From assembly GCA_032718475.1 (NCBI GenBank), contig JAUCBJ010006616.1:1-64000 (forward strand): a stretch of 64,000 bases of DNA, given 5' to 3'. This document shows positions 1 to 12,300 of the stretch, in pieces. Below the pieces are notes generated by a model that searched no databases, was not told the DNA's origin, and saw only the letters and a program-made list of their open reading frames with translations. Position numbers and translations under genes: made by a program. This stretch comes from Nemertoderma westbladi. Taxonomy: Eukaryota; Animalia; Xenacoelomorpha. Every line of letters begins with the position of its first letter. Positions within the stretch are counted from its first letter, which is position 1.

Positions 1-107
1 ATCGAAATCATTAGAATAATTGGATCTCGTTGGTGGTATATGCTATAGTATAGAATTCAATGAACAAGTGAATAGGAAATACGTGAAAGAATATGAATCA
101 TAGGGTT

Positions 108-127
108 GTGTGTGTGTGCGTGTGTGT
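108..127. repeat. Short imperfect (GT)n microsatellite
   Basis: gtgtgtgtgtgcgtgtgtgt. Confidence 0.8.
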
Positions 128-2240
128 AATAATCAATAATTATTATAATAAAAAACGCACAGTATAATGTTAGCGGTGGAAGCCTTTCAATATGGCACAG
201 ATGCTGCGGGATCGGTTAGCTTGAGTAACTACTATGGAAATGTTGTTCGTATACGTGTAGCTGGAACGTGGCGGAATTTCAACACGTATCATAATAGCGT
301 TGGACTACTGGTAGGCTGCTTGGTTGGTTGGATTAATTTGTTTGGCGACAGCCATCGAGGAGTAGCCGTGGCTAGCGGTGGTGGTGGTGAGTTGGCAATC
401 GATATATAATATAATAGCGTAGTGGGGGCTAGCCATGAGTTGAGAAGTTAGGTTACGCGAAGATGAATATGCGATGGTTGGTTGATGCAACAACGCGAAT
501 CAATACTCGCGGGTGGTAACAGTTGTCGAGTAAGGCAGGCATCGCGAGGTTAGGCTACGCGTAGGTGATAAGCAACGATTGGTTGAAGGCAACGACGCGA
601 ATCAATATTGATGGTGACAGATGGTCATTAAACACCACGATTTAGCACCGGAATTTGGCATTTTTTAATTGCCTCCGAGATGTGGCCCGTAGCCCAGGCT
701 AGGGAGGAGTGGGTGGAGGGCTATGCTTCTCCTACTACTTCTGATCAGGTAACAGTGAGATATTAACGATTCTTATTAATTAATTGCGCTTCCAGCATGT
801 TAAACTTATAACCTATAACTATAACCTTATAACTTACAGCAGGTGGTGTTTTTTTATAGTTTCATGTTTTATGGTAAAATATTACTAAGGTAGTCCATCG
901 GTTCCTTCTGTACAATTAATTCTATAAGCGGTACTGCAATACCTCAATTTGTCTAACTGGGAAATTCATTACATCAGGGGACACGACCATTATTGCAGTG
1001 TACGTTAGTTTTTGGCTTGTAATTCCTTATTAAGTGACCCTCATACAATTAATTACTGTATGGTATGGGATGGGTATGGATAATTATCCTTATTTCGTGA
1101 CCAAAGAGCCAGAACAACACTCACCAAAAAATGTGGTTTCGAGAAAAATGCAAAAAACCTTCTCATTTCCCTCTATATGGATCCCGCCTCCTAATTTTTT
1201 CGAGAGAGGTCTGGAAAGATACAATGATACATTTTATTATAGTGGCTAGCATTCAGAATAAATTTTGTTAATGAAAAAACAGTTTTTTTGTTATTTTCCA
1301 AAGAGGCAAAACAAAACATACTGAAATTTAACATTAACTCTAGTCTGTGTGAGTTGTTTTACCTCTAGGATTTTATCACAGAAACAGAACAACTCACGTC
1401 ATTCCTCGACTATTAAATGGTGTTTTTCCTGGTAAAGCATGATAGATATTTAAATGTCGCGTCGGACTTACACACATTACATTTCCATGCTCTATTGGAT
1501 ATTGATCGCCCCTTGCCAGGCTTCCTCATATGTTTGACTAGGATCATCCTCATCGTCACTATAACTAGACGATGGAATATAATTTAACTCTGTAAACTCC
1601 TTGGAAGCAAGTAATTATATTAATTTAGATTTGATTCAATACTAACATTATTTAAAAATCAAATAGATTATGACAAAAGTATCATTTTCGATGACTTGTT
1701 TTTTGGCCGTAAGGGCTCATTATCAGATCCTAAAAACGACATTACTATACCGGTAATCTACATTACCACTTAACTCGCGTCAGGTAGTGTGGAATAGTTC
1801 ATATTAATCAATTTTGCCGCTAATTTAAATACATATTCCAGACAAATTTGGCTTCTTTTGATTCGTTTACAATATACAGGAGTTGTCATACATTGCATTG
1901 TGTGGTGTGGGTTGTTTTGCTTCGAATAAATGTGGTATGTGTTGTTTTACCTCTAACAGTTTTCAACTTATATGTTGTGAGGGTTGTTCTGGTTTTCCAT
2001 ATCTCCTAAATGGACTGACATACAAGTCTAGGATTTTAACATAAGATGTAGAACGCCATTTTGAGTAATTTTGGTGAAAATTTTTTTTTTTTTAAATTTA
2101 ATTTTGGTATGTGTTGTTCTGGCTCTATGGTCACGATTTAATCTTATTTATCCTTATTATCCTTAATTATACTTATCTGTATGGATAAGGTACACGTACA
2201 TGGTCTTGGGGGGTTAGGTAATAAATACCGAAGTATAGTT

Positions 2241-2816
2241 ACGTTATTGTAACTGTTTGTCCGTAGTGGTAGCTATATGTTATTGTAGCTGTTTGTCCGT
2301 AGTGGTATCTCTACGTTATTATAGCTGTTTGTCCGTAGTGGTAGCTCTACGTTATTGTAACTGTTTGTCCGTAGTGGTAGCTCTACGTTATTGTAGCTGT
2401 TTGTCCGTAGTGGTAGCTCTACGTTATTGTAGCTGTTTGTCCGTAGTGGTAGCTCTACGTTATTGTAGCTGTTTGTCCGTAGTGGTAGCTCTACGTTATT
2501 GTAGCTGTTGGTCCGTAGTGGTAGCTCTACGTTATTGTAGCTGTTTGTCCGTAGTGGTAGCTCTACGTTATTGTAGCTGTTTGTTCGTAGTGGTAGCTCT
2601 ACGTTATTGTAGCTGTTTGTCCGTAGTGATAGCTCTACGTTATTGTAGCTGTTGGTCCGTAGTGGTAGCTCTACGTTATTGTAGCTGTTTGTCCGTAGTG
2701 GTAGCTCTACGTTATTGTAGCTGTTTGTTCGTAGTGGTAGCTCTACGTTATTGTAGCTGTTTGTCCGTAGTGATAGCTCTACGTTATTGTAGCTGTTTGT
2801 TCGTAGTGGCAGCTCT
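2241..2816. repeat. 36-bp minisatellite, 16 copies (intronic)
   Basis: Unit acgttattgtagctgtttgtccgtagtggtagctct; 576 bp = 16 x 36, with only point variants. Confidence 0.97.
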
Positions 2817-3164
2817 GCAGTTTGCTTAAATAACATAAAGAAACTGCTTCAATAAATTAATTGATTTTGGCATGAAGTAATAATATTTACCAATTTCACT
2901 ACAAATATTTGTAATTGAATCAAAAAGGTTAAAATATAATAATTGAAGAATAATATAAGTAATGGTTTGGGACGACTAACGGTAATTCAGTGCAAATACG
3001 AATGATAATATTAGCATGGAAATACTGGTTTTACACGCTAATAAAAAAAATATATATTAGAAAATTTACAATGTGCATCGCTTGGAACTCATAACACGAA
3101 TGCAGTAATCATTCTAACACAAAAATACAATAACTCACATAAGTTTGAATGGTGAATGTAACTA

Positions 3165-3292
3165 ACTAACTCACAAACAATTGGATTGGTGCATGTAACT
3201 TTCAATCAGAATTCGATTGGTGCATCTAACTCTTCAACAATTGGAATGGAATATAACACTCAACACTGTTGGAATTGAATCTAACATTGGAA
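3165..3292. repeat. Degenerate ~30-bp tandem repeat just upstream of the acceptor
   Basis: Recurring gattggtgcat[gc]taact and caattgga/ttggaat...taac motifs, about 4 degenerate units. Confidence 0.5.
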
Positions 3293-3342
3293 ACTAATGG
3301 AAATTGTAATTTAGACTTGGAGGACTTATTTTATACTTTCAG

Positions 3343-6300
3343 ACCACGAAAGTGACGATGTCTACAATAAATTTCCTCCAATACCTTTCTTGTCACTCAA
3401 GATTGAGCGAGACAAACAACTCGACGATATTCCACAGGAACCAACAAATTATGCGATTGCCGAACCTAGTCCAATTGATTCCTGGGCTACCGTTCATGTA
3501 TCGCGATCTCTTACTAACCCCAATAACTATCGGATTGTTATCCACCCATTGGAGTATTCCGGACCTCCGGTGCAAGGCGAGATCATCTTGCGAACACGCA
3601 AATCGCCCAGTCCACCATACTTTGTAGAACGCATCCAGGATTGTGGGACAACCTTACGAAGGTTTGCTAAGTTTAAGGGAAAGGTTCGCGGTGAACCTAG
3701 ACCTACTGTTGAATGGACTGTTAACGATAAACTTATATTTGAGTGCAATGATCTCGACAAATACTTTACAACGTACACAGAAGATGGATCTTGCACTTTA
3801 CTCATATGTGGAGTGGATATTGAGGACGTTGGAACTGTTGAATGCCACGCCTCTAACCCGTTCGGTTTCGATATATGCTCCGCATCTTTGAATATTTGTG
3901 AAATTATGAAGCCCCCTGAACACATACAGGTATCTGGCTTTACAATTGATGATGTAGCATTTCCTATGGAAGGGCAAGTCTTTGATCAAGAAGAACCAGA
4001 AACTACAATGGCTAGTGTTGTTGATACTTCTCAGTTTCCATTATCTACTGTGGATTTACCACCGAGCTTCCTTAGGGAAATGAATTATATGAATGTTGCT
4101 CCTATTCAATCTAAAGCAAAACTAACAGCAATTCTGAACCTTACACCCAATATGCGGGTGCTGTGGTACAAGGATAGAAAAAAATTGTTGTCAAAGAATC
4201 GTCATAAGTTGCAAGTTATTCCCCATTCGGATTGCATTGAGGCTGTTCTAGAGATTGATTCCTTATCTATGAATGACTATGGATATTATGTTTGCCGGGC
4301 TTTGAATACTAGGGGTGAGGCAAGACAAAAGGCAAAGTTAGTTGTGGTTAACAATGACCAGTATGATGCAGATAATACTGCTTTCAGCATAGACCCTCAG
4401 GGAAACAAAGTTAATGTTGTTCCCCTCTTCAAGCGTGGATTGCCTTGCATTTTCGAAGCTAAACCTGACGAATTTGTAGAATTATCTGTTGACATTGAAG
4501 GCCCAAAAGATACAAAGGTAGTTTGGTACAAAGATGGTGCAAAAATTTTGGATGATGACATTGATAGGAGAGTGACCACATCTCTTTTCAATAGACACAT
4601 TGTATCAACTCTAAGAATGACAGAGGTGAAACCAGATGATCGTGGTGAATATACTGTTCGAGCTGTAAGTCGAAATGGTGAAGCATCATATCATACACAA
4701 CTTACTGTTCTTGACTACCCCCAGATACACAGTGACCTTGTTTCTATTACTGCCACAACCACAGAGCCTACACTCTTCCACAATGGGCTTCCAGTAGTTA
4801 ATGAAGATGAGCCTGGTTACTCAGAGATAGAGGAAGTTATTGTGATTCCTAAGAGACGGGATGCCAGAATTCAGACATTGGAGGCTTCACCAGAGGAAGT
4901 TGTTGAAGGGTCCCTTGTGAAATTCCATGTTAAATTACCAAAGATCGAACCTGATTCAAAAGTTATTTGGTACAAAGATGGTCATAGGGTGTATGATCAC
5001 CATCGGCGTGTGCACACTGTTACTGATTACATTGATAGCAGGTCATCATCATTAATGATTGACAAAGTTAACCGCAATGATAAGGGAATTTATACCTGTA
5101 AGATTATACGTCCTCGGTCTATATCCAGATTGAGGTCGGAGTTGATTGTTCATAGTCCCTTTTCGACACAGCATATGGATACAAAACCAGTCTTTGTAGA
5201 AGTTCCAAAACCAATTTACCATATTTCCTCTGATTCAAGGTTGGAACTGGACGCACTTATTGAGGCTCCTCCAGGATCTACTGTTACATGGTATATTGAT
5301 GGCCAATGCATTCCGCACAGTGACCCTCGTGTCACAAACATTTCTCTTAATGATAATCTTATTGCAACTTCATTTGTTATTGAACAGGCAACGGTTGATG
5401 ACACAGGGAAGTTCGAAATTGAAATAATTTCACCTACCGGAGAAACAGCCTCATCTACAGCAAATGTATATATTATTGATAGTTCCATAGAAAGTGACAC
5501 AAATACCAATGAAGCTCACATTAATGTGTTTATTGAGACAGAAAATGCAAAATTAGATGCTACATTCCCTGATGCACCCGACACCAGAGTAATCTGGTTT
5601 AAGGATGGTAAACAGATAAGGGAAGATCATCGCCTGGTTGTAGAAATTAGCACTGATGATAGTGTGATCAAGTCTAGTCTCTGTATAGTGAAAGTAGATG
5701 CCACTGACCAAGGTGTTTATACTGCACGTGCATTCTCACCCTCCCAGATTACAGAACATCACTCAGAATTGAGGGTAATTGAGTGGGTTCCAGAGGAAGT
5801 TGGACCAACTATCATTTATACACCACAAGGTGTAAAACGTTTGATTAAGGGTGATAAATGTGAATTTGCAGTGGCTATAAATCCAACAAAGAGTACTAAA
5901 ATTGTCTGGTATAAAAACGGCTATGAGATTACAGAAGAACCGCGAATTGTCATAACTATGGCTCATTTTGATGACAAGCAAATATCTGCACTTTTAATTA
6001 AGAACTTAATTCTTGCAGATAGAGGCTTTTACACTGTAAAAGTATTTGACAGTGATATTGTTCGAACTTTCACATTTATTGTTGATGTTACTGAGAGGAC
6101 ATTTATAGTACCACAATTTTCTGATTTGGACTCACCACCACAATTTATATCATCTCTTAAACCAAATTTTGAAGTTTATGAAAACCAAACTGTTGTGTTG
6201 CCAGTAGAAGTCTTGGGTTCTCCAGATACTAAGATTGAATGGTTTGTCAATGGGTTTCCAATCGATGAAAGCAATAGAGATGTAATCACAACTGTACTAG

Positions 6301-9300
6301 ATGATAATTGCATAGTTTCCTTGTTTCGAATTAATAAGTTTTCTGAGATGGATGCTGCTGAATATATGGTTAAGGCAGTAAATGCTCAAGGAACTTCCAT
6401 TTCTAAAACGCAAGTTTATCTATTTGAACTCTCAGAGAAGGAAACTATATCTTCAGATTCAGTAACAAGTATGCATGAACAAACTTGGGAAGCCCAAGAG
6501 CAAAAGTTCAAAGTCACAATATCTGCACAACCTAATGCAAAAGTGGCATGGTGTAAATCTATTGACCCTGTAGTAGAAGATCATAGACTGATTGTTAATC
6601 ATTTTGTCTCTGATGAGTACATAGTCAAGAATGTGGACATCAATCAGGTTATGGAAAAGAATGCAGGTAATTATACTGTCCAATTTACTCAACCTAATGA
6701 CAAATTTAGGTCAGAATTAAATATTGTTCCGCCTTCTTGTAGTGAAATTCCATCATTTATTGTGAAGCCTGATCGATCAATTGATGCCATTGAGGGCAAT
6801 AATGTTGATTTGAATGTTGTTATAAGTGCCCCTGAATTGACAACTGTTACTTGGTATAAGGATATGAAGCCAATTGACAATGACTTCCGGAGGACTGTAA
6901 CCATGTTAATATTTGATAAACATATGGTTTCTAAGTTGAGTATTAACAAAGTTATTCCCGAAGACAGAGGTGAGTATGTTGTTCGTGCTGTTTCTAGTGC
7001 AGGAGAAGTTGTGCATAAAACTAATTTACATGTTATTGAGTGGCTTAAGCCACAACCACCAAAACAATACTCATCAGACCGATTTACTCTATATAAAACT
7101 CCCCATTCACAGTTAGTGTCAGAGAAGTGGGAGGTTCCAGACTATATATATACTGCAGATGCATTTTCACACATGGCAGAAATAACTCAAGAACCACTAA
7201 CATTCGGCATATTGCAGCATGATGTCGTTGATACCGTTCAACGTGGTCATGGCAATGAGAGTTATTCTGATTGGGAAACTGCTTCAGAAGCTGTTAGTGA
7301 GGAAATACAATTTATACTTGGTGATATTTGCGATGAGGAAATTTCTTCTCTTAGTGAGCTACCAACATTTAGCCACGTTAAACCCTCAGGTTTTGGGCAG
7401 TTTGAAACTGATGATTGGGAACTTTGCAGTGAATCAGAGCATTCAACAGATATATCATCAATTTTTGCTGAGTTTACTGAAGAACCATATTTAAATAAAT
7501 TACCAGTTTACAAGAGCAGTCAAATGCAAAAGTACGGTTTTGCACAACAATGTAACACTGATACTAGTTTTGTTCAAGCTGCTGCTATATGCCAGGAAAA
7601 AATTAAGCAGTACTACACAGAAGCAATGGATCAGCTAGAAACTATTGATCAACACATCCTTAAATCTGTTACTGTTACTGGTGGTATGCCTAAAGAGAAT
7701 GTTGTTGAAGAAGATACTGTAACAGAGGAAGGTTTTGTTACAGTTCCAAAATATACAACAATGCTGGATGATACATCATCACTATCAGGTCATTTGAAAA
7801 AACTTCATGTTTATGTTGATGGTATGGGTCGTCAGGAAGTTTGTGATTGGCTTCAATCCTCTGACTTGATAGGTAATGATGTTGGGCTCATCAGACTAGA
7901 GTCCCAAAGTGAGGTATTGATGGTTCCTGAGAAGCTTGATTCAGTGGATAAGCCGGTCATGGCAGGGTTTCCAGGTCTTACATCGCCACAGGCCTTTGAT
8001 AATGTGAATGTGGAAATGTTAGAGACACAACGAATGCCTGAACGTATTCAACCCCAGCATATAACAGAATACCTACCTAAAGTGAATATCAATATCGAAG
8101 TAACTTCAGGATTAGCCAGACAGAGTACTCCCTACATAGATGAAACTCTTGATAATATGGGTAATGAAGGATTTGAGAACATTGTAACTACTGCAAATAA
8201 AGAAATCGTATATTCACATATGCCCAAGGCAATATTAAGTGAAGTAAAATCACAGTGCTCTGGGGAAGTCAATTATATTGATAGGGAAGAAATCAAGGAA
8301 CAATCAACATTGCTTATAGGATCAGCCTGTCAAATATCTGAAGAATATGAAAAATTGGCTACTTCAAAGATCATCCAAGTAACTTCAGAAGGGGTAGGTT
8401 CCGAGCATAGTGTTATTGAGGAAAGTGCTAAAGAGTTGCCATTGTTGGCCATTACTGCTTACTGTCAGCGATTTGAAGAGATGGATACTTTAGAATCTGC
8501 AAAATCATTAGATATATTCTCTGAAGGATTTGGTGAAATTCGCCACGAAACTTTGGATGAGGTCTTGGGCCCAGAGTTTGGTGGAATTTCACCAGACCAT
8601 GTATGTATAATCACAGAATTTTCTGGTTTAGACACTGCATATTCTTCTGGTGTTACCATGCATGGGCATGGCACATTTTACCAACATGACATAGAAGAGT
8701 CTACACCTTTACCTCAAATACTAAATGATAGAACCGCACCTTTAACAGAGGATGTACATGTTTTAGGCTTGGCTAAGTCATCTTCTGTGTATTATGAGGG
8801 ACATCCTGTAGAAAATCTATTTCATATTGATGATACAGTTCATAATATAGTAAAACCGGAACCAATAACTATTGATTTCATGGACACTAATGGCAAACTT
8901 ACTAATAATGTGAAGTCACTAGTAACAAATATTGAAGGGATGCCAGATATATCTATTATTAATGAATCATCAGATATTACATTTCCTTCTATCAGTCCAG
9001 ATCTTTGCACAGCTGTTATACATGCTGTACCTAGTGATGTTGAGGATCAAAACTCAAGTTATATAACCCATGAAGGGTTTGCCAAAATTCATGATACAAA
9101 AGAATATGAAATTGTTAATGAAATTTCGACAATAACTGTGCCAACTGCTGCTAAAGTATCACTAGAAGTTGCTATCTTGGGCTCTGCAGTACAATCGTCT
9201 ATCATATCAGAAGGGTTTCCTGTACCAATTGATGATATTTCAGTAGAGCACTACACTCAACTTCCACAGATGCAATCACTATATGTTAAGTCGTCAGTTC

Positions 9301-12300
9301 AGCTATCTGAATTAGGGAAGGCTTTGCATGAGCAGGTTGTGGCTCAGGGTTCTGGAGATGAACAACAATTATCATTTATTGGAGAACTCAGGGAACTCTC
9401 TGTTATGATAGTTGAAACAACAGCAAAGCTAGTTGAAGAAATTGATGTTTTAACAACTGCTAAATCTATAGATGTGGTGTCAGAAGGTTGTGGTGAGGAA
9501 AATGATCTAGGCAATGTTCTTGGTGAAAGCGTTGATATGTTATTACCAACTGCGGAAGCTGCTGCAGTTGCTCTGCAAAAAGGTCATTCCACAAGTTTAG
9601 GAGATCAGTTTACTAATAATGTTTGTTCATATGGATATGGTATTTCTACAACAATTGATGAATACAAACTTCATGATATTAGTATTGTAAGTCAAGAATA
9701 TGTACATACTGTACTTGAAGATGAAAATTGTGCATATGAAGCAGCAATTCAGCAAACGCAGTCTGAAGGATTAGCTGAAACACATGAGGCACCTATTGAA
9801 TCTGTTGAAGAATTATCTCTTTTGACTGTTGCCTCCTGCCTTAATGTTGATATAGATGTTCCTGTATTGGCAGGTACAAAGGCTACTTCCTCTATTGTCC
9901 ACGTAACACCTCAGTTTGTAATAAATCCTGAATCAGAACTGCAACAGTGTGTATCACCAGATTTATCAGAAAAACAGGCTTTGCTTCATCAAGATACTAG
10001 TGATGCTAGTGTGATGAACGTTGCAACAGTAATATCTACAGGTTATTCAGAAGTAGCTGAAGCGGATGTAATTGATGAACTTAAAGAATTATCTGATATG
10101 ATTGTAGAGACCACAGCTCAATTAATTGATGAAATTAATGTATTAACAACTGGATCATCAATGGAAGTACAACATGAAGGGTATGCACTCTCAAGCCATA
10201 CTTGTAGAGAAGAAACAACCTCAGATATTGAAACACCACAGATGCTTAATCCTTCGGCTACAGAAGTTTGTGAAGATCACCAACAACTGTTGCCAATTGT
10301 AAGTGATGTTGTTTCTGAAGGATTTGGCATGTTTGTTGATGAGATCTTTCAGGAGGAAGAGCCCCAGATTGTATCCCCTGTTCATACTGAATGTGGTAGT
10401 CTCGTGTATACACAAAAGCTGTCTGACCATTTAACCCTTGAGGTTAGACAAGAGGGGTTTGCAAAATTGGCACAAGATGTTATGTTTGCAGAATTTGCTG
10501 ATGACTATGTCAACAGGGTAGAAGCAAACACTGCAAATGTAGCAAGGGAACAGCTTTTATTGTCCACCCAAGAAATAGATAGTATAACTAAATGTGGGTT
10601 TCCTGAAACCAATATCCGTAGAGATTCATCTGAAAGCATTTCTGAATTTCAGTTTGATCACTTTAGTTGTGAGGCATTATGTACTCAGACTAAACATTTA
10701 TATTGTTCCAAAGCAATTAGTATCCTTATTGAGGGTTTGGCAGAGACAGAGACTTCAGTTGATGAATATACAAATCCTCTATTAACAGATATTGCTCATG
10801 CTATAGATATATCATTTACTGATATACTTTGTTCTGCTGTTAAGGAATTTAGTATTGTTGAAGGTTTAGGTGATATAAGGTCAAATTCTGATACTGAAAC
10901 TGCCGAATGTACAGAGATTTTTGAATGTCATCCCTGTTTTGCCAAACCTAATGAAATTGTTGATGACATTTGTATTATGAAGAAATCAGTAACAACACCT
11001 ATTGGATTTGCTATAGAGGATGTCATTCCGTTAAAAGAGTCAGATGTATTGCATAATATCCCAGAGTGTCTCCAAGCTATTTGTATTGATTATGACAATA
11101 TAAGTGAGATACAACGGCCTGAACATGTGTTAACAACTCTGCCTATAAAAAATGTTGAATATAGTGATGTTGCTTTGCATTTTTCTAGTTCTGATGACTT
11201 TGCAGCAATAGAATATGAAACCATGAATGCAGATACTGCTTGCCTTTGCTCTGAATATATTCATATTTGTAATCCTATCTTAGTACAGTTTCTTGAAATA
11301 GAGTGTCTTGGTATTGAACATGAGATTGTTTTATTCGAATGTGAGAGCTTGGAAACACAACCTGATGAAATTTGTGATATTATTATAGTGCCAAAGTTTG
11401 AAAATGTAATAGAAATTATACAACATACTGTTATGACAGAAGCTCCATTTAAAATTGGAGAGATCGTTTCTGAAGAATATATCTTACAAGATGAAGAAAA
11501 AGTAACGACAATAAAGCATAAGAGTGAGAATTTCAAGGAGTTTTTAGCCATTGCTTTGGAGGAGGAACGCCAGACAATAAGTGCAGAGGTTGCTACTATA
11601 TTTATGGCAACTGTAGAACAATTTCCAATGTTAATAGAAAAGTTAGAAGTATTGCCTTTGCCAGAATTGAGACCGGAATTGTTAAAGTTGTACAGCCAAT
11701 ACAAAGAAACATTTGAAGCAGAGATCTTACAGACCACAGTATATGGTTCTGCTAAAATGGAGTTGATTGAAGATGATGTTGTATTTGGGACCAAACCCTA
11801 TGAAGCTGTACATGCCGATAGACATGAAATCGCTGACTCAATTGTTCCAAACACTGCTTCTGTTGAAGCTACAACTAGTATTTATGGATTTCCTTGCCCA
11901 GATAATGTTATGGATGAACAGTGTGAAGAATATGAATTTGTGCCAGCAAATGAAGATATGGTATCAGATTCTACTCAACTTTCTATTGCAGATAGTGTCT
12001 CATTACCTTTTATTGCAACTTCATCAGAACATGAGAGTTATCCAATTATTGATGAACAAATTGATATGGTAACGCTTCCTGTTACAGAAGTGCCAATATA
12101 TGATCTTCATATTCATCCAGCATTGTTACTCAATGAGCTACAACATGATGTTCATTCAGTTTCACAGCTGCCACCAGCAGTGGATCAATCTATGTTTTTA
12201 CCATTAGTAACGTCAGTTGAGGATTTTTATCCTATAGAATTTGATGACATAGTCATTATGGCAAAAACCAATAACATTCATCAACATCAATGTACTTTCA

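Noticed and set aside
305-493. Minus-strand PTIAYSSSRNLTSQL resembling a Penelope-like element linker
   Set aside because: No RT or GIY-YIG motifs were found in neighbouring frames; too short to support.
2241-2816. CRISPR-like array (36-bp repeats)
   Set aside because: Repeats are head-to-tail with no spacers, there are no cas genes, and the context is a eukaryotic intron.
2257-2836. 190-aa Cys-rich and 187-aa Asn-rich ORFs on opposite strands
   Set aside because: Both coincide with the 36-bp minisatellite and are open-frame by-products. No other coding support.
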